From a virus (Duplodnaviria > Caudoviricetes), in IMG/VR virus record IMGVR_UViG_3300012232_000035, positions 1-32,763 of that record: a stretch of 32,763 bases of DNA; one strand, 5' to 3'. Shown piece after piece: positions 19,247 through 26,907 of this stretch. The notes below the pieces were generated by a model. It worked only from the letters and a program-made list of their open reading frames with translations. It made no database searches and had not been told where the DNA came from. How positions within the stretch are numbered: the first letter of the stretch is position 1; every line of letters begins with the position of its first letter. Both the position numbers and the translations under genes were made by a program.

Positions 19247-19321
19247 ATCCTATTGTGTTTACAATGTGCAACGAGCGAAGCGGTGTGTATCGGGGCTCTA
19301 GATTTGACGTTATTTGCGATA

Positions 19322-19346
19322 TAATACCGTTCAATGAACGGTATTA
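19322..19346. repeat. 25-bp near-perfect palindrome
   Basis: TAATACCGTTCA-A-TGAACGGTATTA (12-bp arms). Confidence 0.9.
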
Positions 19347-19465
19347 CGTTGTGCTACGTGCTTAGCCCTTCGTGCTTTGTTACCAAGCGGCCGATTTTGG
19401 GGTAGTTCGTACGGTACTACGCGGCGTAACAAAATGTAACGGCCATGTCACCAGGTGGCACGGGC

Positions 19466-19712
19466 CTAACTATTTTGTCTTCAACTTTTTGTAACAAGAA
19501 GTAACGGTTGAAGACCAAGGTACTAAGTGTAATGAAGTGTATGTAACATTAATACTATAGTGATATTACTACACGTTACGTAATGATATTAGCTTATACT
19601 ACTAGCTACTTTGTCTTCAAAAAAGTTGAAGACCAAAGTACTAAGTGTAATGAAGTGTAATGAACTAACTAAAGTACTAGTGTTATATAAGATTTGAAGA
19701 CAAAGTAGTTAG
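19466..19712. repeat. Array of five TTGAAGAC-core repeats in both orientations, including a 35-bp direct repeat
   Basis: GTCTTCAA at 19477 and 19613; TTGAAGAC at 19508, 19626 and 19694; 19507-19541 vs 19625-19659 are 34/35 identical; 19466-19484 vs 19694-19712 form an 18/19 inverted repeat. Confidence 0.9.
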
Positions 19713-19738
19713 ACTAATACTTAAGTTTGTAGTATAAT
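19710..19738 (+). promoter_or_regulatory. Sigma70-type promoter of the first early gene
   Basis: TAGACT-N17-TATAAT. Confidence 0.65.
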
Positions 19739-19829
19739 TAATTCATCAAATGATTAATAAAAAATCAAATGATAATAGTTAGAAATTTCTTCTAACTATA
19801 ATTAGTTAGTTTATTGAAAGTAGTACTAA

Positions 19830-20171
19830 ATGTCTAAAGTTACAATTGGATCTTTTTCTAAGAATATTATTGCAACTCAAAGTAACTTGTCTAATCAAGA
19901 AGTGTTAGATCTAGTTTTGAAAGAATTTCCTAATGCTAAAACATCACTAAGTTGTATTGCTTGGTACAAAAGTGATATGAAAAAACATAACTATAAAGTA
20001 TCAAAGTTTCAAGAAAGAACTATAGAAGTTATTGAACTAGAACTAATTGCTGCTAATGACAAAGTTCAAATGTTACAAGATGAACTAGAAAGTCTTAAGT
20101 CTTCTCAAGAAGAAAGTGAATTGTTAATGTTGGCAACACTTGCAGCAAAGTACAACAAAGAAGTAGTCTAA
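19830..20171 (+). CDS. Three-helix (HTH-like) domain plus acidic coiled coil, paralog 1
   Basis: IGSFSKNII...SNQEVLDLVLKEFPNAKTSLSCIAWYKS; TTGAAAG RBS-like motif; own promoter and terminator; clear paralogy to 20734..21099. Confidence 0.8.
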   Translation: MSKVTIGSFSKNIIATQSNLSNQEVLDLVLKEFPNAKTSLSCIAWYKSDMKKHNYKVSKFQERTIEVIELELIAANDKVQMLQDELESLKSSQEESELLMLATLAAKYNKEVV

Positions 20172-20175
20172 GTAG

Positions 20176-20204
20176 AAAGTACTAGAGAAATCTAGTACTT
20201 TTTT
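20176..20204 (+). terminator. Intrinsic terminator
   Basis: AAAGTACTAGA-GAAA-TCTAGTACTTT-TTT directly after the stop codon. Confidence 0.85.
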
Positions 20205-20207
20205 ATT

Positions 20208-20510
20208 AATTCTGCCCGGCGAGTGGGGGGCAGAATTGTAGCCCAAAGTGCAACGGACAAAGTTCCAGGTACATCGCGGGATCGGTTTCGGGATCCGATT
20301 TTGGACCTGGATCTGGATCTGGATCCGAAAGGGGGGCAGGAATTGAGTATTTTGTACTTATCTTATAGGTTTGTGTTCGTGGCCGTGATCACACAATTTT
20401 TCAGCAATTTATATATATGCATAGGTAACGGCCTATATATAATTATATATATTGTGATCACATCACAATCACAATCACAATCACATACATAATTATATTA
20501 ATTAGATTAG
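20208..20510. other. Putative replication origin (hairpin, GATC/GGATCT and ATCACA tandem repeats, AT palindrome)
   Basis: AATTCTGCCC/GGGCAGAATT hairpin; 7 GATC in 20280-20459; TATATATAATTATATATA at 20434-20451; TGTGATCACA followed by ATCACA tandem copies. Confidence 0.5.
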
Positions 20511-20635
20511 ATAAGTAAAAAGCAATGCTTTTGGCACTCGTTTGTCTCCCCTTTGTATGCGAAAGCACTACGCACTAGGAACATTGCGCAACGACACCAG
20601 GTTACATGTTGAAACAATCTAAGGAAAATAAAGTA

Positions 20636-20664
20636 TTTACATGGAGAAAATCATATGATATAAT
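20636..20664 (+). promoter_or_regulatory. Sigma70-type promoter
   Basis: TTTACA-N17-TATAAT with TGn extended -10 and an A-rich UP-like region. Confidence 0.85.
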
Positions 20665-20733
20665 TAATCTTACAAACAGTAAAAAGTTTGTAAATCACTA
20701 GAGTTTTTTCAATCAAGTTAGAAAGTAATCAAA

Positions 20734-21099
20734 ATGTCAATTGGTCAATATGCTCGTGAGCTCATCATTGCCTCCCCCTCCGCATCAAATCAAGAAATTC
20801 TGGAACAAGTAAAGGCCAGATTCACAGAAGCAAAAACAAGTCTTGCCTGTATTGCCTGGTATAAATCAAATATGAAAAAGAACGGAACAAAGCAATCTGC
20901 CCCCGCTCAGAGAACCCTGGAACTCGTTGAAGATGAGATTGTGCAAACCAAGTTGAAGTTGGCATCACTTGAAGAAGAGTACAAAGAAATGCTTGAAGCG
21001 GATAGGGCAAATGCGATGGCCATGATCGAGGAGCTTGCAAACAAGTATGGTAAGAAAGTGGTAGATGCTGAAGAGCAACAGGAAGAGGAACAGGAATAA
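20734..21099 (+). CDS. Three-helix (HTH-like) domain plus acidic coiled coil, paralog 2
   Basis: IGQYARELII...SNQEILEQVKARFTEAKTSLACIAWYKS; GAAAG RBS-like motif. Confidence 0.85.
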   Translation: MSIGQYARELIIASPSASNQEILEQVKARFTEAKTSLACIAWYKSNMKKNGTKQSAPAQRTLELVEDEIVQTKLKLASLEEEYKEMLEADRANAMAMIEELANKYGKKVVDAEEQQEEEQE

Positions 21100-21102
21100 G
21101 TT

Positions 21103-21189
21103 ATGACAAACGCGGAACTAGGTTACACGTTGGTCACAATAGTTGTGGTTGCCCTTGGATTCATGCTGCAATGGTGGTGTGAAGAATGA
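21103..21189 (+). CDS. 28-aa single-TM micropeptide
   Basis: MTNAELGYTLVTIVVVALGFMLQWWCEE; starts 3 nt after the upstream stop and is ATGA-coupled downstream. Confidence 0.6.
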   Translation: MTNAELGYTLVTIVVVALGFMLQWWCEE

Positions 21190-21269
21190 ATTGGGAAGCA
21201 TTCTGGAGCATCAGTATCATAGCCACACTAATTATCATTGCTATATTTTATACTGGAGGTAAGAAATGA
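21186..21269 (+). CDS. 27-aa single-TM micropeptide
   Basis: MNWEAFWSISIIATLIIIAIFYTGGKK; ATGA overlaps at both ends. Confidence 0.65.
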   Translation: MNWEAFWSISIIATLIIIAIFYTGGKK

Positions 21270-21508
21270 AGATCATTGCTCGTACACGTGAATTGCTCCC
21301 CCCTCGGGAATGGACAAAGTGGGAAGAGTGTAGAGATACTACTGGCCTGAGCCTCGAAGAGCTTGAAGGTCTGTTACATGATTGGGCAAATGAGGAGGCA
21401 AACGGCAGATGGGTCGGAGATACATTCAAAATGAAAAGCGATTATGAGATGGAAGAATTCAAGATAGTCGAGGATGACCTAGATGTAGATAGCATGAACG
21501 GAGAGTAA
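21266..21508 (+). CDS. Acidic early hypothetical protein (80 aa)
   Basis: GGAGGT RBS, ATGA-coupled. Confidence 0.75.
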   Translation: MKIIARTRELLPPREWTKWEECRDTTGLSLEELEGLLHDWANEEANGRWVGDTFKMKSDYEMEEFKIVEDDLDVDSMNGE

Positions 21509-21575
21509 CAAGTGATAAGGGTTAGAAATAGCCCTTATTGCCTGGTGCTCTTACCAGAACCAAGAGGAGTAACAA

Positions 21576-21740
21576 ATGGATATGTTTAAAGTCATGCAAA
21601 TATGCGAGACTGGTGAAGAGAATTGTGCATATGAAGGAACTGAGTTCCAATGCAACAAGTGGATTGATGAGAACGAAGAGCAATACCCAGAAAGCAGCTT
21701 CTACATCCAACAGTCTGCCCCCCCTTACGGAGAAGAGTGA
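21576..21740 (+). CDS. Acidic early hypothetical protein (54 aa)
   Basis: GAGGAG RBS; MDMFKVMQICETGEENCAYEGTEFQCNKWIDENEEQYPESSFYIQQSAPPYGEE. Confidence 0.7.
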   Translation: MDMFKVMQICETGEENCAYEGTEFQCNKWIDENEEQYPESSFYIQQSAPPYGEE

Positions 21741-21847
21741 TGCTCGAGATACTAACTACTTGTGCTGTCATTTACCTAATGGCATCTATTGGTGCTGTGT
21801 TGTGGATCACTAAACCAAAGAGGTTAGTAGTAACAGAGTGTAAATAG
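21740..21847 (+). CDS. 35-aa single-TM micropeptide
   Basis: TGATG-coupled; MLEILTTCAVIYLMASIGAVLWITKPKRLVVTECK. Confidence 0.55.
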   Translation: MLEILTTCAVIYLMASIGAVLWITKPKRLVVTECK

Positions 21848-21878
21848 ATTTTACATTGGAAAAAATAGGCGTTATAAT
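21830..21878 (+). promoter_or_regulatory. Sigma70-type promoter with upstream GTAAC-N5-GTAAA box
   Basis: GTAACAGAGTGTAAA at 21830; TTTACA(21850)-N17-TATAAT(21873). Confidence 0.85.
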
Positions 21879-21906
21879 TATATTACAACAGCAGAAAGAT
21901 TTTCAA

Positions 21907-22080
21907 GTGAAGAAAGATCTAGATCAAATGAGTAAGATAGAACTTCTAGAGTATTCTAAAAGGGCTAGATATATGTTAGGGAAAGTGTATAGTGAAAGGG
22001 TCCAACTGGAACAAGAACTAGCGGAAACAAAGATAGAATTGCTCAAGCTCAAGAAACAAATTGCCAAGGATACAAAATGA
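21907..22080 (+). CDS. Small coiled-coil protein
   Basis: GTG start at 21907 after GAAAG, downstream of the promoter; the track start at 21856 lies inside the promoter. Confidence 0.65.
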   Translation: MKKDLDQMSKIELLEYSKRARYMLGKVYSERVQLEQELAETKIELLKLKKQIAKDTK

Positions 22081-22298
22081 AAGTGAAGATGAACTTCAGC
22101 AATATCTCCCCCATCAGTGGGAAGAGTAATACCAGGACTCTGGAAGTAGATCCTGGCGACATAATGAGGTGGCACAACGGGGCACTAATACAAGAAGCCT
22201 TGCCGTATTTGACACCAGGTGAAAGAGAGTTCCTGTTGTCGGGTATCACAGATGAAGAGTGGGAGGAACTGTTCAAGCAGAAAGGTAAAACAAAATGA
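22077..22298 (+). CDS. Conserved phage early protein (LIQxAxPxLxxxEREFLxxGITxxEW)
   Basis: Widespread phage motif; ATGA-coupled. Confidence 0.8.
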   Translation: MKVKMNFSNISPISGKSNTRTLEVDPGDIMRWHNGALIQEALPYLTPGEREFLLSGITDEEWEELFKQKGKTK

Positions 22299-22504
22299 GC
22301 TATCTAGGAGTCAAACCACCTAAGCACTGTCAACTTGGTAGTGAGCCAATCACCACTGAGTTCATTGATGGTGCCACAAAGACTGGCCAATGGGCATACA
22401 TGTGCCCAAAGTGTCATGCGGCCTATGGATATGGGCTTGGAGTAGGACGTGGCACAAAGTACGTCAAGCAAACAGATAACCAATGGAAGAAAGTGAACAA
22501 ATGA
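22295..22504 (+). CDS. Small putative Zn-binding phage protein
   Basis: DGxTxxGxWAxMCxxC...GLGxGxG motif; ATGA-coupled. Confidence 0.75.
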   Translation: MSYLGVKPPKHCQLGSEPITTEFIDGATKTGQWAYMCPKCHAAYGYGLGVGRGTKYVKQTDNQWKKVNK

Positions 22505-22617
22505 ATCCGTTCTACGGCCCCTATAATAACAAGAGTGACATCATGATTGATCGTTGCCTGTCCCTGTTGATCTTAGCTCTGCTAATGGTCTACCCCTTCG
22601 CATTCTGGGTTCTTTAA
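22501..22617 (+). CDS. 38-aa single-TM micropeptide
   Basis: ATGA-coupled; MNPFYGPYNNKSDIMIDRCLSLLILALLMVYPFAFWVL. Confidence 0.55.
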   Translation: MNPFYGPYNNKSDIMIDRCLSLLILALLMVYPFAFWVL

Positions 22618-22638
22618 CTTTAACTTGAAAGTATAAGT

Positions 22639-22848
22639 ATGGCTACAGTTACACATAAGAAGATTGTTGATGAAATTATTGCTAACAACGGTAACTATTC
22701 TTCTGATCCACCAGTGCATAGCATCGTGGAATACAGATCGGCTTTTGGTGGCACATGTTGGGGACTCAATTACTCAAGCCATAACGCCTATACTCCATCC
22801 GAGTATGTCCTGGAACCAAAAGTGATCTTTACAAGAGAAGAGAAATGA
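22639..22848 (+). CDS. Conserved phage hypothetical protein
   Basis: TTGAAAG RBS-like motif; NGxYxxDPxVxxIVEY motif. Confidence 0.75.
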   Translation: MATVTHKKIVDEIIANNGNYSSDPPVHSIVEYRSAFGGTCWGLNYSSHNAYTPSEYVLEPKVIFTREEK

Positions 22849-22849
22849 A

Positions 22850-23110
22850 ATGGCAAAGACTAATCTTAAGCTCGTGTCAGTTGATGGAAAAGTTGATCGT
22901 ACTAGGCCTGTTGTCTGCGATTACAAGTACAAGTCAGAAGAAAAGGTTACTCACTCAAGGACTCCTGAACAAGCTATCCAAGCGGCAGTCAAAAGGGTCT
23001 TAGCTGGTGAGTGGCTATCAGGTGCCATCTATGACAAGAATCACAAACTCGTTGCTGTGGTACGAAGAGTGAGAGGCAACATCTTCATAGAGGGCAAAGT
23101 CTTCAAGTAA
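22850..23110 (+). CDS. Hypothetical protein (86 aa)
   Basis: Starts 1 nt after the upstream stop and is followed by a hairpin. Confidence 0.7.
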   Translation: MAKTNLKLVSVDGKVDRTRPVVCDYKYKSEEKVTHSRTPEQAIQAAVKRVLAGEWLSGAIYDKNHKLVAVVRRVRGNIFIEGKVFK

Positions 23111-23117
23111 TCAATAC

Positions 23118-23138
23118 GGCCCCCTTCATCGGGGGTTT
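23118..23138 (+). terminator. Probable intrinsic terminator
   Basis: CCCCC-TTCATC-GGGGG-TTT after the stop codon. Confidence 0.55.
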
Positions 23139-23142
23139 ACTT

Positions 23143-23406
23143 ATGAATGAAAATCTACGTGGTGACAATACAGAGAACAATTGCACAGTCTTCTCTGATT
23201 CTATTTACAAAGTCGGGAGGGGACATGCCTGGCAGTGGGAGCATGAAGATAGCAACATAAGGGTATGTAGTACGTGCGGCAGACGCGAGTTCAACTTTAG
23301 AGGTAATGATGTTAAGAATGTACCAGAGGAAGGACCTAACCGAGAAAGAGAAAAGGATTCTAGACCTGATAAAACAAGGAGTGAGCAACAAAGAGATCGC
23401 AAGTAA
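23143..23406 (+). CDS. Putative Zn-ribbon protein
   Basis: C...GHAW...CSTCG motif; the 3' 101 nt overlap the LuxR-type gene. Confidence 0.5.
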   Translation: MNENLRGDNTENNCTVFSDSIYKVGRGHAWQWEHEDSNIRVCSTCGRREFNFRGNDVKNVPEEGPNREREKDSRPDKTRSEQQRDRK

Positions 23407-23509
23407 GCTCAACATAAATAAGAATACAGTATCATCCTATAAAAGGAATATCAATATCAAAGTGAAGAACAAACCCAGATTATTTCTTGCTCACTCTAAT
23501 ATAGCATAA
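23306..23509 (+). CDS. Stand-alone LuxR/GerE-type HTH regulator
   Basis: LTEKEKRILDLIKQGVSNKEIASKLNINKNTVSSYKRNI matches the LuxR C-terminal HTH consensus (LT.RE..IL.L...G.SNKEIA..L.IS..TV). Confidence 0.85.
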   Translation: MMLRMYQRKDLTEKEKRILDLIKQGVSNKEIASKLNINKNTVSSYKRNINIKVKNKPRLFLAHSNIA

Positions 23510-23518
23510 TTGCTCAAT

Positions 23519-23548
23519 GTATGCCCATTCTGTGTGGGCATACGTTTT
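23519..23548 (+). terminator. Intrinsic terminator
   Basis: GTATGCCCA-TTCTGTG-TGGGCATAC-GTTTT. Confidence 0.75.
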
Positions 23549-23583
23549 GTCACAATTGTTTCTCAAAGCGCTTAAATTAGGAT

Positions 23584-23612
23584 TGTACAAAGGAACAAAA
23601 AAGAACTATAAT
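23584..23612 (+). promoter_or_regulatory. Sigma70-type promoter for the primase-helicase operon
   Basis: TGTACA-N17-TATAAT. Confidence 0.7.
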
Positions 23613-23651
23613 TAATATTCATTCGTGCAAATATTATTACAAGGGGTTGAC

Positions 23652-25661
23652 ATGGCAGAATTAGCTTTGGCAAGACCATTAGCTTCAAATAGTATTGAAT
23701 CAGTTAAGTTTATGAATGAGGACTTAGCAAGATCAGGTTTAAGTCCAGAAGATATTAGAGCATACCCTATAGCACCGATTGCAATGGGTTCATGTCCAGG
23801 TTATTGCATTCCATATGCAGACCCGCGAATGTATCGCATTAGATACAAACGTGATGAAGATAAATACATCCAGCCTAAGGGCTTAGTGAATGTCTGGTGG
23901 TCTCATACACAAAGTAAAGAGACTTTCAGAAATGCCCCCACTCTCTACATTATTGAAGGCGAGAAAAAAGCAGCTAAGTTTGTAAAGACTTGGCCGCATT
24001 TGCCTACCCTCGGTATTGGTGGTGCATGGAACTTTCAAAGGAAGAATGAAGCAGGTATAAGGATGCTTCTTCCTGAGATCCTTAAATGCCTTACTCCAGG
24101 TATGAATATTGTAACCATCTTTGATGGCGACATTATGTCTAAACCAAACATTCAACAAGCAGCTTATGAGTTTAATAGGCTGCTAGCTCAACAAGAATGT
24201 ACATTAAAGCTATTCCGCACACCTGTAGGTAAAGGTGTTGATGACTGGCTCGTAGAATGTCCAGAAGCAACACTCCATGATCTAAAAGAGATACCGTTTG
24301 AGCATCTTGCTATTGGTCGTAAATCGGTTTATGATGCATTAGAGTTACAACTATCTGATAAGGGACTAGCAATTCCTAATGAATCTAATATACGCAAATT
24401 GCTTTTATTCTATTATGGAAAAGATCTAGTTAATGATAGACGAAGAGGTCTTAAACTCAAAAACAATTACATTACGTTTGAGCAGCTCATGGCGGACGCC
24501 AGTAGGTACATACAAGAGCAGCATATGGCTCAAGCTTATGTATCTCGTATTAGCAATGCACTTGAGTATTTTCTTCAAGATGTTGGGTGTGATTTAGTTA
24601 AAGAAATGTTTCAGAAACTTGAATGGGACGAAGAGGAACGACTTAACAGTTGGGGCGCAGAACACTTTGAATCTGACATGCCAGAATATTGTGCTGAGTG
24701 GGGGCGATTGTTAATGACTGGCCTAGTGTTCAGAGTGCTACATCCAGGTACAAAGGTCGACTACATCCCTATTTTAGTTGGCCCCCAAAACATAGGCAAA
24801 ACAACGTTCTTTGAAGATCTTGCAGTCTTTGATAGTGAGAAGTATTACCATTCATGTAGTAATATCACACCAGATGTAGGTGATGCCCAACGTACTCAGT
24901 GTATTGCCTTTAATAAGAATCTTATTGTGGATCTTGGTGAGGGGGCAGCATTCAACCCTCGTAAAGTTGACCAAGAGAACTTTAAGCAATTCATCACTCA
25001 GACCCAGGATGAATATCGCCCCCCTTACAGCAAGTCAACTACTATCAATAGGCGTAGCTTTATCTTTGTAGGTACAAGTAATAGACGTGACCAGATAACA
25101 GATCATTCTGGTAGCAGACGGTTTCTTCCTATCTATGTCACTAAGATTGAGCGAATGCCCTATGAGAAAAAGCTCCAGATCCTTGCAGAGGTTGTAGCTA
25201 AGCAGCATGAGATAGCAGCTAGTGAGTGGTGGAAATTAAATGTTGATTGGAACAAGATGCCTCTGCCGCTTAAAGAAAGCAGACCACATGTTGATGATCC
25301 ACAAGCATTAGTTAATAGCCAGTTCACTAAAGAAGATGAGTTTACTGACTTTGTTCTTGGTATACTTGAAGCAGGAGAAGCAGCACGATTTAGAAACACT
25401 ACAGCTACCACAACTAAAGGTGATTTGTTTATTTCTAGCAGCTATCTTTCAGCTAGACATGTCGGCAAATTACTATCAACACATGCAAATGCAAGACTTA
25501 ATGATCTTGTATTAGACATTTTATTTCCATGGGAACTAATAAAACATAAACCACGTCTTAGTCAGTTACATGTGCCAGATGAATACCTGGTATATTATAC
25601 TGATGGAATTAAAGACCCAGACAAAATGTTAACAGGTTTTAAAGCAAGGAAAAAGACATGA
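23652..25661 (+). CDS. Primase-helicase (DUF3854-like Toprim domain plus VirE/VapE-type P-loop NTPase)
   Basis: Toprim motifs IIEGEKKA, IFDGD and KGVDDW; Walker A GPQNIGKT; YRPPY, GTSN and GSRRF motifs. Likely start is the ATG at 23652 after AAGGGG. Confidence 0.85.
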   Translation: MAELALARPLASNSIESVKFMNEDLARSGLSPEDIRAYPIAPIAMGSCPGYCIPYADPRMYRIRYKRDEDKYIQPKGLVNVWWSHTQSKETFRNAPTLYIIEGEKKAAKFVKTWPHLPTLGIGGAWNFQRKNEAGIRMLLPEILKCLTPGMNIVTIFDGDIMSKPNIQQAAYEFNRLLAQQECTLKLFRTPVGKGVDDWLVECPEATLHDLKEIPFEHLAIGRKSVYDALELQLSDKGLAIPNESNIRKLLLFYYGKDLVNDRRRGLKLKNNYITFEQLMADASRYIQEQHMAQAYVSRISNALEYFLQDVGCDLVKEMFQKLEWDEEERLNSWGAEHFESDMPEYCAEWGRLLMTGLVFRVLHPGTKVDYIPILVGPQNIGKTTFFEDLAVFDSEKYYHSCSNITPDVGDAQRTQCIAFNKNLIVDLGEGAAFNPRKVDQENFKQFITQTQDEYRPPYSKSTTINRRSFIFVGTSNRRDQITDHSGSRRFLPIYVTKIERMPYEKKLQILAEVVAKQHEIAASEWWKLNVDWNKMPLPLKESRPHVDDPQALVNSQFTKEDEFTDFVLGILEAGEAARFRNTTATTTKGDLFISSSYLSARHVGKLLSTHANARLNDLVLDILFPWELIKHKPRLSQLHVPDEYLVYYTDGIKDPDKMLTGFKARKKT

Positions 25662-26530
25662 ATTTTAGACCATTGCTTGCCGCAACAGTCGAGGATGTCA
25701 GGCAAGTAACATATCCTAAATTAGTATCACCTAAGCTTGATGGGATACGATGTGTTATCCTGGATGGCAAGGCCGTTAGCAGGAACCTTAAGCCTATCCG
25801 CAATAGTTACATACAACAACGGTTAAAGGGTTTGCCCGACGGCATAGACGGAGAGTTAATAGTTGGCCCCCCTGTCGGTGAGTTAGTGTTTAACCGCACT
25901 ACATCTGGTGTAATGTCAGAGTTAGGGAAGCCTGACTTTATGTATCATGTCTTTGACAAAACAACTGTGGCTTCAGGCTTCTTTCATAGATTAGCACGTC
26001 TCTATGAACATAGACATGACTTCATTACTGTAGTGAATCATTGCCATGTAAACAATGAGAAAGAATTACTTGAGCTAGAGAAGATATGCCTTGATGCAGG
26101 TTATGAAGGTATCATGTTACGTGATCCTCTTGGCAAATACAAGCATGGGCGTAGCACGATGAATGAACAGATTCTCCTTAAGCTGAAGAGGTTCAGGGAT
26201 GGGGAGGCAATCATTACACACTTTGAAGAAGGTGTGCATAACCTTAATGAGGCTACCAAGGATGCTCTAGGTTTGACTAAGCGTAGCACACACCAGGACA
26301 ACAAGGTGGGGAGCGAACGTATAGGGACATTGTACGGCACAGACCTCAAAACTAAAGAGCTGTTGTGCATCTCCCCCGGTCGCATGACTCAACAAGATCG
26401 TGCGTTGTTCTTCAAGTATCCAGGTATGATCCTGGGTAAAGTGATTAAGTACAAGACCTTCGACTATGGAAAGGTTAATGCCTCCCGCTTCTGCACATTT
26501 CAAGGCTTTAGAGATAAGGATGATCTATGA
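25658..26530 (+). CDS. ATP-dependent DNA ligase
   Basis: Motif I SPKLDGIR, III DGELI, IIIa YHVFD, IV EGIMLR, V LKLK. Confidence 0.93.
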   Translation: MNFRPLLAATVEDVRQVTYPKLVSPKLDGIRCVILDGKAVSRNLKPIRNSYIQQRLKGLPDGIDGELIVGPPVGELVFNRTTSGVMSELGKPDFMYHVFDKTTVASGFFHRLARLYEHRHDFITVVNHCHVNNEKELLELEKICLDAGYEGIMLRDPLGKYKHGRSTMNEQILLKLKRFRDGEAIITHFEEGVHNLNEATKDALGLTKRSTHQDNKVGSERIGTLYGTDLKTKELLCISPGRMTQQDRALFFKYPGMILGKVIKYKTFDYGKVNASRFCTFQGFRDKDDL

Positions 26531-26898
26531 AAGACCAAGATGATGATGATACTAAGGGCGTTGTTATACATGTCTCTCCTTCTTATCCTCCTGGATGTGA
26601 GCATGAATGGGAGTATGCTGAACATAAGGACCCTGTTGGGAATATAGCGGCTGAGCCCACCAAACAGCTTCCGGCATGGCAGGACGTACTGGGCGATGCG
26701 GAGATGCTTGTCCGGCAAAAGTTCATCTTCTCCAAGTACATCAAAGGCACGATTCTGGAGAATGATGTGCCCGTATGGATTGCCGACTTCGCCCTTCGGC
26801 TGCTGCAACGGGACCGCGCAGCGCTGGCCGCAGTGCCCAGCCACTGCAAGAAGTGCGGCATGTCATTCACTCGTTACATATTCACTGAGTGCCCATAA
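26527..26898 (+). CDS. Hypothetical protein with split Zn-finger (CEHEW...CKKCG)
   Basis: ATGA-coupled to the ligase gene; fills the gap to the next promoter. Confidence 0.6.
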   Translation: MKDQDDDDTKGVVIHVSPSYPPGCEHEWEYAEHKDPVGNIAAEPTKQLPAWQDVLGDAEMLVRQKFIFSKYIKGTILENDVPVWIADFALRLLQRDRAALAAVPSHCKKCGMSFTRYIFTECP

Positions 26899-26907
26899 TA
26901 GATGGAT

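Noticed and set aside
19304-19325. TTGACG...TATAAT as a plus-strand promoter
   Set aside because: The spacer is only 10 nt, incompatible with a sigma70 -35/-10 pair.
19466-19712. Mini-CRISPR array (repeats ending in GAAGAC, Cas4-like nuclease elsewhere in the window)
   Set aside because: Copies alternate in orientation, unit lengths differ, and the sequences after copies 2 and 4 are near-identical rather than unique spacers; no cas operon is present.
20223-20492. 89-aa ORF in the track
   Set aside because: The DLDLDLD and SQSQS runs simply translate DNA tandem repeats; no RBS; lies between a terminator and the next promoter.
21538-21813. 91-aa ORF in the track
   Set aside because: Two coupled ORFs in other frames (21576..21740 with GAGGAG RBS, 21740..21847) explain the region better.
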